In this document: in pieces, positions 1 to 13,200 of the stretch | How positions within the stretch are numbered: position 1 is the stretch's first letter | Layout: the number at the start of each line of letters is the position of its first letter | Source of the DNA: Lama guanicoe | Taxonomy: Eukaryota | NCBI GenBank assembly: GCA_013239625.1 | Contig: MU055785.1 | Coordinates: 930,001 to 994,000, forward strand | DNA length: 64,000 nucleotides | Direction of reading: 5' to 3' | Notes under the pieces: model-generated | Seen by the model: the letters and a program-made list of their open reading frames with translations, nothing else | Database searches by the model: none | Told to the model about the DNA's origin: nothing | Translations under genes and position numbers: made by a program

Positions 1-166
1 AAATAAAAGATGTGCTGAATACACGCGACAGCCTTTGATATCCCTTCACCTCTGGAAGCAGGGCTCTTTTGGAGGAGGGGAATATGTCCCTCTCCCGCTC
101 CCTGTCTGAGGCCGGGTGGGGCCCCGCGGCCCTGGCCTTAGCAGCTGCCCCTCCCTCCTTGGGCAG

Positions 167-322
167 GAAGCCTCCTTCGAGTACCTGCAGAACGAGGGGG
201 AGCGGCTGCTCCTGGAGGCCATGGACGAGCTGGAGGTGGCGTTCAACAACACCAGTGTGCGCACCGACTGCAACCACATCTTCCTCAACTTCGTGCCCAC
301 CGTCATCATGGACCCCTCTAAG
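167..322 (+). CDS. ACACB: ACACB exon (EASFEYLQ...IMDPSK)
   Basis: cag|GAA acceptor, AAG|gtctcg donor, 156 nt. Confidence 0.93.
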
Positions 323-3300
323 GTCTCGCCTCTGGGGGTGGGGCTCTCCCCAGGCCCTAGGTTCACCGTCACCGGGACCTTCCTGCTTCGGGGTACTGTC
401 TTCCGGGGCTGGAGACCGGGGTTCCAGGATGCGTACGTGCATGACTGAGCCTCAGCTGCTGCAGGTGGAGAAGAGACCTGTCGATTAATTCTAGAGCCAT
501 ATTTCAGCCAGGGCCCTACCCTTAGGACTGTCACTGTTCTGATATTCCAGGCTCTGTTGGGGGGCTGCACGTGTGTGGGGGAGGGGACGGGAGCACCTGA
601 GGTCTGTGGCTGAGCCATTCCCCACGGGCTGGTTCTCCATGAGGGGCAGAGTTTATGGAGGTGATTCTGGGATGGAAGAAGTCCTGGTGCATCAGCTTGG
701 CATATTTGGGTGCACGGGGCCCACGCTGAGCCCCGACTCCACCCGTCCACTTGGTTCCCAGAAGAGAAAATGCATAGGCATGGGATGCATGATGGAGATA
801 AAGCTGGTGTAACGTAGAAGCACTAGCTCTCACCAGCCTCAGTATCCTCATCTGTCAATGGGGGACAGAAGTGTCGGCCTCTCTGAGTAATCATGGGGAC
901 AGAGTGAGAGAATGAGCTTAAATGCTTAACATGATGCCTTTGATGGTTATTAGCTAATATGGATACATGCTGCGTGTTGTCCTGCTATATACGTGCTGTG
1001 CGTTTTGCATTTGGTATATCCCATCATCGTGCTATAATCAGAGCTAGAACTGTCACCAGCGTGCATGAGGCAGGTTCTGAAATGAAACCGCTGTGGTTTG
1101 GGGCAGATCGAAGAGGCGGTGCGCTCCATGGTGATGCGCTACGGCAGCCGCTTGTGGAGGCTCCGCGTGCTCCAGGCTGAAGTCAAGATCAACATCCGCC
1201 AGACCACTTTGGACAGCGCTGTGCCCATCCGCCTGTTCATCACCAACGAGTCCGGCTACTACCTGGACATCAGCCTCTACAAAGAAGTGACCGACCCCAG
1301 ATCTGGAAATGTAAGGCCGGGCGGGGCCCCAGAAGTCAAGTCAGAGCATGTTTGGGATAAGATGTGGAGAACTGTGGTTAGTCATAATGCAGCTCCCAAG
1401 TTCACTTAGGGAGATGGTATTCACCCCAACCGTGTCTTGGAACAGATTCTTATAAAGTGAATCAAACAGCCTGTTGACTGCTATATGTGTGTGTATATGT
1501 ATGTAAAATCCTTTTATTTCAAAATGCTTAGACTCTCTTGAAGTTGCCAAATTAGCACAGAGGAGAAAACTTAGTACAGAGTTCTCCTGTACCCTTCCCC
1601 CCAGCTTCCCCCGGTGATAACATCATGTATAATCAGCAACTTTATCAAGACAAGAAGCTCACACTGGTTTAGTCTATCAACTTAAATGCAGATCTTACTT
1701 GGACTTTACCAGGTTTTATGAACACACTAGTTTATTTGGGGGGGGTGTGTGTGTGCGCGCGCGTGTGTGTGCTAATTGTAGGATAGTTACATCTTTGGAG
1801 CGATGTGCCCACGTCTCCCACTGTCCCTCCTGGCTCTGGTTGCCCACAGGGGTAGAGAAGAGAGGATTACTCTTCCAGGGACCACTCACTTTGTTATGTG
1901 ATACGTGCTGTGTTTCCACCTCGACCCGCCACCCCATTGCATTTTCATTAAGGACCTGGTAGAAATAAACTGGGCAGGTGCGTGGTTCTCTGAGACTTGC
2001 CTCTCCCACTCTCTGTTTCTCTTTCTCTCCCGTCCAGATCATGTTTCACTCCTTTGGCAACAAACAAGGGCCCCAGCATGGGATGCTGATCAACACTCCC
2101 TACGTCACCAAGGACCTGCTTCAGGCCAAGCGGTTCCAGGCCCAGTCCCTGGGGACCACCTACGTGTATGACTTCCCGGAGATGTTCAGGCAGGCAAGTT
2201 CTGGGGCTCAGATGCAGCTCCACCCCTGGTCCCCATAGAGGCTCTACCTGCATCCACACCCCTCATCCTCAGTTACTCTTCTGAAGACCCCGCTCTAAAG
2301 AACATGGTCTTTGTGAAGAAAAGGAAACTGAACACACTGTACCTCTGTATGGGTGACTTCCGGTTTTTCTCTTTCCTCCCCTCTCTACAGGCTCTTTTTA
2401 AAATGTGGGGCTCCCCAGACAAGTACCCCAAAGACATCCTGACATACACCGAATTGGTGCTGGACCCTCAGGGCCAGCTGGCGGAGATGAACCGACTTCC
2501 TGGAGGAAACGAGGTGAGAACTCAGCAGAGCCCAGCCCCTGGCTGGAACCACCCTTGTAAAAAAAAAAAAAGTTCCCCCTAAAGAAACAAACTCGCTTTC
2601 CTTGTGCATCTGTCTCCTCCCCAGGTGGGCATGGTGGCCTTCAAAATGAGGTTTAAGACCCCCGAGTACCCGGAAGGGCGGAACGTTATCCTCATCAGCA
2701 ATGACATCACCTTCCGAATCGGATCCTTTGGCCCCAGAGAAGACCTTCTGTACCTGCGGGCGTCCGAGATGGCCCGAGCAGAGGGCATCCCTAAAATCTA
2801 CCTCGCTGCCAACAGCGGGGCCCGTATCGGCCTCGCAGAGGAGATCAAACACATGTTCCAGGTGGCTTGGGAGGACCCGGCAGACCCCCACAAGGTACAT
2901 CATGAAGCCGGTGTGGCAGTGTGAGCCCATAAGCTCAAGCTGTATTTTCCATTGGAGGGGTGGGTAACCACACCTCCAAGGGAGCGGAAAACGTGGTATC
3001 GCTCTTTATGTATAAAGCACAGATATCCATACAGCACATAGACAGGCACACAGTATATTGGTGTTAAAATTTTGTGGGTGGGGTTGGAGATTAGGGGGGA
3101 AAAAAGTCTAAAAAGACTCCTTAGGGGGACAATAATTCTTAAAAGTTATTTTTTATAGAAGCACAGAGTTGGTATATTCTGAGCATGTCCTGAACACAGT
3201 GCACACTGAGGATGCAAAGGTGAAGAATGCGTCTCCCTGGCCTCGGGGAGTTCTTAAAAGTCATGGAGGAGATAACAGTGACACCAGCTATAAAAGGCAA

Positions 3301-6300
3301 AATGAATTCCACAAAAGCACACACTTTGTGATGTGAAATGCAGGGGGACAGATTTATTCTTTGCAACCAGAGCATGTGTTCTCAGGGGGTAATATTTCCC
3401 CCTCCCCCAGAAGGGGCACAAATTGTTCTTTTCACATAAAAAGCATATACACACGTGCACATATACAGACATACATTATGTAAACAATATACCTGTAATA
3501 ACATTTTATTGGGGGGGGTGGTATTAAGAAAAAAAAAGCATCTGAAAGGCTCCATAGGGGAGAGAGAATGAAAAGATGATTAAGAAACGTTAAATCAGAG
3601 AGACTAGGAAAAAAGTTTGTGTTATAAGGATGAGTGGAAAACACACAGTGCCTTCACTTTATAGCTGTTACTAATATGGTGCTAACATCAGTCAGGTGAC
3701 TGTGTTGTTAACATGTTATTAACATCCTCTCTGCCTAAAGCTGACATTTAAAAAAAAAAAAAACTGAGAGCATGGAGGGTAGAGCTCAGTGGTAAAGTGC
3801 ATGCTTAGCATTGCAGGAGGTCCTGGATTTAATTCCCAGTATCTCCATTAAAACAAACANNNNNNNNNNNNNNNNNNNNNNNNNNNNNNNNNNNNNNNNN
3901 NNNNNNNNNNNNNNNNNNNNNNNNNNNNNNNNNNNNNNNNNNNNNNNNNNNNNNNNNNNNNNNNNNNNNNNNNNNNNNNNNNNNNNNNNNNNNNNNNNNN
4001 NNNNNNNNNNNNNNNNNNNNNNNNNNNNNNNNNNNNNCCACCCCAAAACTAAAAATTAATAAAAATTTAAAAAAAAAGGCTGTTGGTGTAGGGCTGTTGG
4101 ACTTAGCCTCACTGAAGTGTATATTTTTAAGGGATTTAAATACCTGTACCTGACCCCGCAAGATTACACGAAAATCAGCCCTCTGAACTCCGTCCATTGT
4201 AAACACATCGAGGAAGAAGGAGAATCCAGGTAAATGCCTTAACAGCTAAGGCTGCTCCCTCATTTTTCCAGTGGCTAATTCCAGCTGCTTGCGGGGAATC
4301 TGTCTCTTAGCCCCTGGGCTGGTGACGGTATTTTCAGGCGGGTGGTGGTATTTGTACAGTGGGACCCCCCCACACACACACACTTCCATTGTGGGCACTG
4401 AGTACTTAGACACCTGGGGCATTTTTTTTTAGGGTGAACCCATCCTTGTCATCCCCAAGATGGAGATTTAGGAGAATTAGGTTGGATTCTCGCAATGTCC
4501 CCGGAGCCGCAGGTTTACGGTCTATGGCCGCATCAGCCAAACTGATACAGAGGTGCTTTGACGAGCTGGGGAGATGTGGGCAGGGGCTCTGTGAGAATGT
4601 CAAAGGCTATGCCAGCTGTCTTTTCCAGGGAAGGTTGATGGGGGCTTTTTAGTGAGGTTGACCAAGCCAGAATTTCCCAGGCTGAGTTTTCTGGAATGTT
4701 AGTAGTGATCTGGTGTGGGGAGGTGGAAGGGGAGTTAACATTTCTCATAGTCAAGTAAGATTGAGAAACACCGAGTTCAACAAGATCTAACAAGCGTCTT
4801 TACTGCAGTTTACTTCTTGGAACATTTAACGCGCTGACATGCCTTTTATGACTCTAATGCGTTGGGTGTACTTACATGGCCATGGAATCTTGACTGATTG
4901 ATTGACTATGAATGAAGTAGCTTCTCCATGTGTACCCCCATCTCTCTGGAGACTAAAGGCTATTCTAGCTGGCTTTTGGAGGAATGCGGGGTGGGAGTTA
5001 CATTTCATTAGAATAGCCTCCAAACAGACAACCTTTATCTTCGGTTGGAGGGGTGGTAATTACTCACGCTGTACTTGCCCTTCTAGAGACTGGAGGGCCC
5101 ATCGTGAGGGTTTTAGACCTCCTGCTTTCATTTCACCTCTGGCTGCTCTGTCATCTTGCAATCCCTCACCTGCTCATCCTTCCTTCCTTGGGCTCCTGGA
5201 GACGCATCCGCCTTGGATTTTTCCGGGCTGGAGTTCAGTCTTTAACCGGCGTTTGGTTCTTGAAGGTACGTCATCACGGATATCATTGGGAAGGAGGAAG
5301 GTCTGGGCGTAGAGAATCTGCGAGGCTCGGCCATGATTGCCGGGGAGACCTCCCTGGCTTATGAAGAGATTGTCACCATCAGCTTGGTGAGTCCCCTCCT
5401 GTTTTATTTTCTTTTACATCTCAACTTTTTAGTACAGAAACTTCAAAGTCATCACGAAAGTAAAGAGAGCCATTTCTGCACCCCCAGTCCCTCTGCACCC
5501 CCGTTTTGGAATATTTTAAAACAAACCCTTACTTGTATCTTTCCATCTGTAAGTACCCCAGTGTGGATCTTTACTAGATAAAGCTCCCCCCCTGCGTTTT
5601 TGTTTTTTTTTTTTTTAACATAACCACGATACTATTACACCCAACAACATTAACCACAATTCTTTAATATCATCAGAACCCAGTTTGGGTTCAGTTTTTT
5701 TTAAATTAAAGTATAGTTGATTTACAATGTTGCATTAGTTTCTGGTGTACAGCATAGTGATTCATTTATACGCATATATATTCTTTTTCATATTCTTTTT
5801 ATTATAGGTTATTACAAGCTATTGACTATAGTTCCCTGTGCTCTACAGTAGGACCTTGTTGTTTATCTGTTTTATAGACAGTAGTGTGTATCTGCTAATC
5901 CCAAACTCCTAATTTATCCCTCGCCTCTCCCACCTTTTTCCTCTTTGGTAACCGTAACTTTGTTTTCTATGTTTGTGAGTCTGTTTCTGTTTTGTAAGTA
6001 AGTTCATTTGTGTCATTGGCGGGGTGGGGGGGTTCAGTTTTAATAGTTATTTCAAAAGTATCTTTGTATAGTTGGTTGGTTTGAAGTCAGGGTCCAATCT
6101 CCTCTTATTGAAAAGGTACTGAGTGTTTAGAAGAACTTTTGTCCGATTTTAACTGGTACTAAACTGTATCTTCCTGCTCCCCACTTTGGCCTTTTCAAAA
6201 ATATTTTCTGTTTCTGGTAGAGGAGGAATGAGAGTACTCTTTCATGGTGAACTGTCACTCAGGGCCTGATTTTTACCTTCAATGTTGGATCTTTGGTTTC

Positions 6301-7201
6301 TAAGGTGGAAAATGCTGGCCATGAGTGTCTTCCTCAGGCTTCTTTTCTTGATGTCATTTATGTATGTTTCACATATATTTCAAAAATAGAGATATATGTA
6401 TCTGCATATTCCTATATATGCCTTTTCATTTTGAAAGATATAAAAAGATACATATATTTTTACATATTCCAAAAATATATAAATGTATATGTAAATGTTT
6501 TATATATATATATATATACACACACATACACGTTGGCCTGATGCTGTTAACTCGGCACAAGTCTCACTCGGCTTTTTCCAGTTTCACACGCACTCCTAGC
6601 CGTCCTTTGGCTGTGGCGGTGGCTGCAATGGCTTAGAAGTGACCAGGCTCACAGAAGCCAGAGACATACCTCTTGAAGCGAGAACCAGAACATTCTATGT
6701 CTGCTGTCTGTCTTTACAACAGTCTTCTTCACCAACCCCAATCTTTCTGGATATGAGGCCAAGTTCAGGGGACCCTGGAGGGCAGGCTTGTGCCGCGCTG
6801 TTTGGCCCCTGATCAGGTTGCCAGTGGCCAAGCTTAACCTGCAAGTGTGCCCGGTGGGTTCCTGGGCTGTCCCCGCTGCAGGGGGCAGGGCCCGTGGTCC
6901 TCGGGACTGCAGGAGACATCCTGTCTCCACAGGTGACCTGCCGGGCCATTGGGATCGGGGCCTACCTGGTGCGGCTGGGCCAGCGAGTGATCCAGGTGGA
7001 GAACTCCCACATCATCCTGACCGGGGCAATGGCTCTCAACAAGGTGACCTTGAAGGGGCCACTGGGCAGTGGACATACAGGGGGGTCATTTTTACATTCC
7101 CAGTGTCCCTGGTGGGGAATTTTTCTCAACTTGAAACCACTTTCATCCCTACGATTTTCCAATGTGCAGTTACGTGAGCCTCTTATGAGCCAAAAAGAAA
7201 T

Positions 7202-7235
<34 letters not shown>

Positions 7236-10200
7236 TATACATATTAGGTTCTTTGGTGGAACTTTCTGTATTACTGTAATTTAAATTTTTAAAAATTATT
7301 AAAATGGCATTACACATTGCAGAAAATTGGAAAAAAGACCCCCCCAAAGGTGATTTTGCTCCTACTATAATTTTGGTGTATTTTCCTCTCATGTCTTTAT
7401 GTGATTAGACTCTTAGTGGATGCAATTTCATCCTACTTTTTTTCACTGTAGTAAAATGCTGTCCACATTGCTATAAAGCCTTCATAACAAATGTTATGCT
7501 AAAATCCCGCTGAGGGTCTCAAAGTCCGGCCCCTGAGCTAATAGCGTCAGCATCACCTGGGATCATAATAAAGATGCAAATTCTCAGGCCCCACCGCAGA
7601 CCTGCTGAGTCAGAAGCGCTGCGTAGGGCTTTGCCTTTGAGAGGACCGAAGTAATCGCTGGCTCACTGATTCTCAACTTGGGCTGCATACTGGAATTGCC
7701 TGGAAGTTAAAAAAAAAAAAAAAAGATACCAGTGATTCTGATATAATCGGTCTGGATGCAACCTGGGCATCAGGACTTTAGAAAGCTCCCAGATCATTCT
7801 AACATGCAGCTGGGGTTTGAGGACCACCAAGGGAGATGATTTCTGAACAAGTGGACGTGGAAGGGCCCCAGGTCGGGCAGGACCTTGCTAACCATGCCGT
7901 GTCAAAGCAGGTCCTGGGCAGAGAGGTTTACACATCCAACAACCAGCTGGGCGGCGTACAGATCATGCACTACAATGGCGTCTCCCACATCACCGTGCCA
8001 GACGACTTCGAGGGTGTCTGTACCATCCTGGAGTGGCTGTCCTATATGCCAAAGGTGCAATTCCTCCCTGCAGCCTAGAGCCCAGAAGACTCTGTTACCA
8101 AGTTCATTTGCGAGGGGGTGTGGGGAGCAGGGAGCACCGAAAATATGGTTGGGGTTCATTTTCCTTTACTCTTCCCTCCTTCCCTTTCTGGTACCCAGCC
8201 CTGCCCTCGCTGTTCTTTGCTTTTTTTTTAAAAAAAGCCATTGTAAGGATGCTGTCTGTTGATCCTTTAGAAAGGGGTGGCATTGCCTCTCAAAACAGGT
8301 AACATTGGACAACAGAATCTTTAAGCTTTGCTGTCAGGCTAAATTTGATAACTGGCTTCCTCCTGAGTAGCAGTGAGGCCTTGGGACCGTCTCTTCATCT
8401 TCCTGAGCCTCGATTTCCTTGTCTGTGAAATGGGAGCAACAAAAGCACTAACCCCAGGGTGTTAGCATCATGGTTAAGTGAAGTGATGTGGAGCGCCCAG
8501 CGCTCAGAGGGCCCTCGCCAAGCACGGCTCATCATTGCAATGATCAGCTTCGGCTTCGGCTGCACAAACAGACAGCTGCATCGTCATAGTCAGAGAAGAG
8601 CGAAGTGCAGACCGCAGGCATTACTGACAAGCACAGAGGACTGAGTTGGAGACCTGGTTTTCTCTTCTAGGATAATCACAGCCCAGTCCCTATCATCACA
8701 CCCACTGACCCCATTGACAGAGAAATAGAATTCCAACCGTCCCGCGTGCCCTACGACCCCCGGTGGTTGCTTGCAGGAAGGCCTCACCCAAGTAAGTCCT
8801 AAAGAGCTTTGCCTGAGACCTGGGTCTTAGGTTTTGTTTCTGCACTGGGGACGGGGAGCATACAGGTGGAAGCACTGATATTTGGTCAGATGTTCCAGAG
8901 GGATATACCTGAGATCAAATGCAGAGGGCGTGGAGGAGGGGGATTTTTCTCTATGCTTTTCCTGAGCTATTTTTTGACCAAGAAAGAGTGGAAACAGCCT
9001 CAAGTTTCTGGAGCTGATGGTTGGAGGTGAAGTGTAGCACAGGTCATGGCTTCCCTCCCTACACTGCCCAGTGGTCACACAGCTGGAAACTCTAGTGCTG
9101 AAACATCACTGTTTCAAAGAGAAGGATGCTTCTCCCCCTACCCACCCCCGCCGACTTTTCCTCTATTTGGCTAAACTTAACTAAGGTAACTCTCCATGAG
9201 TTTCCCCAGGACGAGCAACTTAGCCTCTTCTACTCTCACTTTTGCAGACACCCATTTATAGATGTACACACGTGTGCGTGCCCGCGTGCTTGGACACACA
9301 CACGTTCTCTCTCTCCCTGTCTCTCTGAACGGGACAGGTTTGCCTCCTGGAGGTATCTGATGACATTTTGAGCAACCAGGGCAGAACGGGAAAGCTGACC
9401 CCCACCTCCGCCCCCCGCGGTTAACCCTAATCCCAAGTCTAGAATTTCACATGCTGCTCCCTTTAAGAAATCGGCCTCCCCATTCAGCTCCGTGGAGCAG
9501 GGGAGGGGCCCCCAGGAGCCAGCCAGGTTCTGCTGGTAGAAAAAGCTCTGTGGCCTGTTTCTCCCTCTGCCATTTCTCTTGGGCTTTCTCGCCAGTGAGC
9601 ACTGGCTAAAGCATTGGCTTAACTTCATTTACAAAACAAAACAAAACAAAACAAAACAAAAACCCCGCCTGGCAGTTTTTTCCAGCTGTAGGCTGAGAAA
9701 GCTATTAGGTTGGGCTGCTTTGTTCCCAGGAGCCCAGCCTCCCACACCTGCAACTTGAGATCTTTCATGCTACCTGCCTCCCCTTGTCCAAACTGCAGTC
9801 ATCTACACCGTGGTGTGGATTCAAGCCACCATGTCCTCTCCAGGGATGACTGCGATTGACATCACACCAGATCTTAGCCAAAAGGCCAAGAAACGATGCA
9901 ATTGACATCTTATTCATTTTCTCTCTCTCTCTCTGAAATTGAAGACTTTCTTCACAGTTGAATGATTTTTAAGCAGCAGCCACCAGGTCGGGGATGAGTT
10001 TTGAGGGGGGCAAGTGATCCCGTCCTGAAATCCTGCCCTCCAAAGGCATCCATCGCCTCTATTTGCTTCTTGGGAAGAAACGGCAGAGACTGTGGTTAGG
10101 ATCTCCTTGTGTTTGGCACTGAGGGGAGTTGATGGAGTTGGATGTTCTCTAAGGACTGAATTCCTGACTTGGTGTATTGTTTTTTTTCTACCACAGTAAA

Positions 10201-13200
10201 AAATGTATTAAACCATCCTCTGCTGTTCCAACACGTACAACCTTATTAGAGCAGTAACAATGATGACAATAGGTAGCACCTATAACGTTAGTAGGAATAA
10301 AAATTTCTATTGAATGAAGAGCCTTAAAAAACAGTTAAAATCAGGCTTCAGTGTTTGGAAGTGTTGGTGTATTTCCTGTTTACTTTTACTACTGGGGTCT
10401 AGCCCTATAAGGGTCCCAGCTGAAAACCTGGGGTGTTTCTTGGGGTCTATGTAGTCTTCTGGGGTAAAAGGTATTTGGGCTGCCAAGGTCGGGCTGTCCT
10501 AAGACTGCAGAGCAGTCTGCCCCCCCCCAGGCAGACCCTGGGGGCCCCCCCAGCCTCAGCCCCTCGGCCTCAGTGTCTGCCCTTCTGCCCACAGCTCTGA
10601 AGGGGTCCTGGCAGAGTGGATTCTTCGACCAGGGCAGTTTCAAGGAGATCATGGTGCCCTGGGCCTCAACCGTGGTGACGGGGCGAGCAAGGTAACCCTG
10701 AGGACGGGGCGGGCAGCGCTCACCTGGCCTCACCAGGCACTGGGCCTCCCAGGTACCAGGACAAGGATTCTGTCCCCCACTGGGCGGCCCCTAGGGACAC
10801 TTTCTTCTTGGCCCCAGGATTTTTCTGAAAAAAACAAATGACAGTGGAGGGTGGGATGGTTTTCTGGATGATGAACTTCTTCATAAAGTCTGGATTTTTC
10901 TGTAGCCTTAGAAGACATCTCAGCCAACTTCTTGCTGCCCCTGGGGCAAGGCTCCCTAACCAGGGGGGCCACGGACCCCTTGGGGAATCAGAAGGCAGCC
11001 CTGGTACTCTCCGTCAGAACTGTAGATTTCATTTCAAGAGGGCCACGGGCAGGAACCCCGCTCGTATGCCATAGCTGGTGGAAGGCTTACATGCTTGAAT
11101 GCTTTCACAGCCAAGCCACTCACTTCTCAGCGGCGTAGCCCTCATCTCTTTGGATAGATCCAGCTGCCCGGAAGTCCCCCTTATATGGAGCCCGAAGCGG
11201 CATCCTCCTCATTTACCACTGAGACTCCTGGCACGATGCAGTCGCGACAAGTCCAGGTTCTGGAGTTGGACCCGAGGTCAAGCCCCAGCTCTGTGACACA
11301 CCCTCTTTGAGCCCCATCTGTAAAATGGGGATAATAATTCTACACCCCCCCAGGGTGGTTGTGATGATGAGAAGCGATAACATCTGTTAGGCACTTAAAT
11401 TATCCTAAACGGTCCACAGTGCTACCATTGTTATTGTTACTTTTATTATTTACTCCCCAGGCAGTAAGTATTAAAATACTAAGCCTCATGTTGGCACTTA
11501 GTTGCTTTTCCGTGTTTTATTATTTTTTTAATTTAATATTTTTTTAAACCTGAGATGCAATCTACTCCTTTCACTTGAAAGCTCTTTATTTGAAGACTGA
11601 GCTCCCCAAATCTGCCTCATACAACTGCTAGGGGAGTGAATGAGGGTAATTCAAGGATGCACGTGGCTTGGGGCAGCCGTGGAATCCCCTTATCTGGAGC
11701 TCCTTCCAGCTCAGCATCCCTCCACCCCTTTCCAGACGTGACGTGGTGTCTGCACCCACACTGTCCAAGGTGGTAGCTGCTGACCACATGTGACGATTCA
11801 AATTCAAATGAATTACCGTGAAAGAGAGGCTGACCTGTTCAGTTCCTCAGCTGTCCCTGCCGCCTTTCAGGTGCTCACAGTGGCCACATGCAGCTGGCAG
11901 CTGCCATCCCGGACAGGCAGCAAGAGAACCTGGCCATCATCACAGAAGGTTCTAGGGAACAGTGCTGCTCCCATGCCTGCACTGGCCCGACGCTCCCCCA
12001 CCAGCCATGGCGGCTGGGCACCCGAGGGACCTTTCCAGTCTGCTAGCTTGAGAGGCTCTTCACTGCTTAGGGGCTGCTGCCTTACCATCCAATACTGTTT
12101 TTTGGTACTCGCCGCAGTAGTGCCACGTGCCCAGAATATCAGCCGGGGCCAGGTGGACCCAGCTGCCCCTCAACCTGCCTGGGGCGCTGCCCAGGGCCCT
12201 GGTTCACCTGCACTCCACCTCACAGGCTGGGGGGTATCCCCGTCGGGGTGATTGCCGTGGAGACACGAACAGTGGAGGTGGCTGTGCCCGCAGACCCCGC
12301 CAACCCGGATTCCGAGGCCAAGGTAAGGAGCCAGGGTGCTGGGGCTGCTGCTTTCATGATTTGTATTTTTTTTTTTGAAGTATAGTTGATTTACAATATT
12401 ACACTAATTTCAGGTGTGCAGCATAGTGATTCAGTATTTTTACAGATTATACTCCATTAAAAGTTATTATAAGATGACTATAATTTCCTGTGCTATACAA
12501 TACATCCTTGTTGCTTATCTAATTTATACATTGTAGTTTGTATCCCATATGCCTAATGTGCCCCTCCAGCCTTCCCTCTCCCCTTTGGTAACCGCTAGTT
12601 TCTTTTCTGTATTTGTGAGTCTGTTTCTGTTTTGCATATANNNNNNNNNNNNNNNNNNNNNNNNNNNNNNNNNNNNNNNNNNNNNNNNNNNNNNNNNNNN
12701 NNNNNNNNNNNNNNNNNNNNNNNNNNNNNNNNNNNNNNNNNNNNNNNNNNNNNNNNNNNNNNNNNNNNNNNNNNNNNNNNNNNNNNNNNNNNNNNNNNNN
12801 NNNNNNNNNNNNNNNNNNNNNNNNNNNNNNNNNNNNNNNNNNNCTTCCTCCATTCATTTGTTGATGGGCACTGGGGTTGCTTCCATATCTTGGCTGTTGT
12901 ATATAGTGCTGCTGTGAACATTGGGGTGCCTTTATCTTTTCAGNNNNNNNNNNNNNNNNNNNNNNNNNNNNNNNNNNNNNNNNNNNNNNNNNNNNNNNNN
13001 NNNNNNNNNNNNNNNNNNNNNNNNNNNNNNNNNNNNNNNNNNNNNNNNNNNNNNNNNNNNNNNNNNNNNNNNNNNNNNNNNNNNNNNNNNNNNNNNNNNN
13101 NNNNNNNNNNNNNNNNNNNNNNNNNNNNNNNNNNNNNTTTGATGATGGCCATTCTGACAGGTGCGAGGTGATGCCTCACCGTGGTTTTGCTGGGGCTGCT

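Noticed and set aside
46-750. 234-aa minus-strand ORF
   Set aside because: Antisense to an ACACB exon; stop-poor GC-rich sequence with no protein features
1745-1772. Alternating purine-pyrimidine tract (TG/CG) with Z-DNA potential
   Set aside because: Short, common microsatellite; no evidence of function
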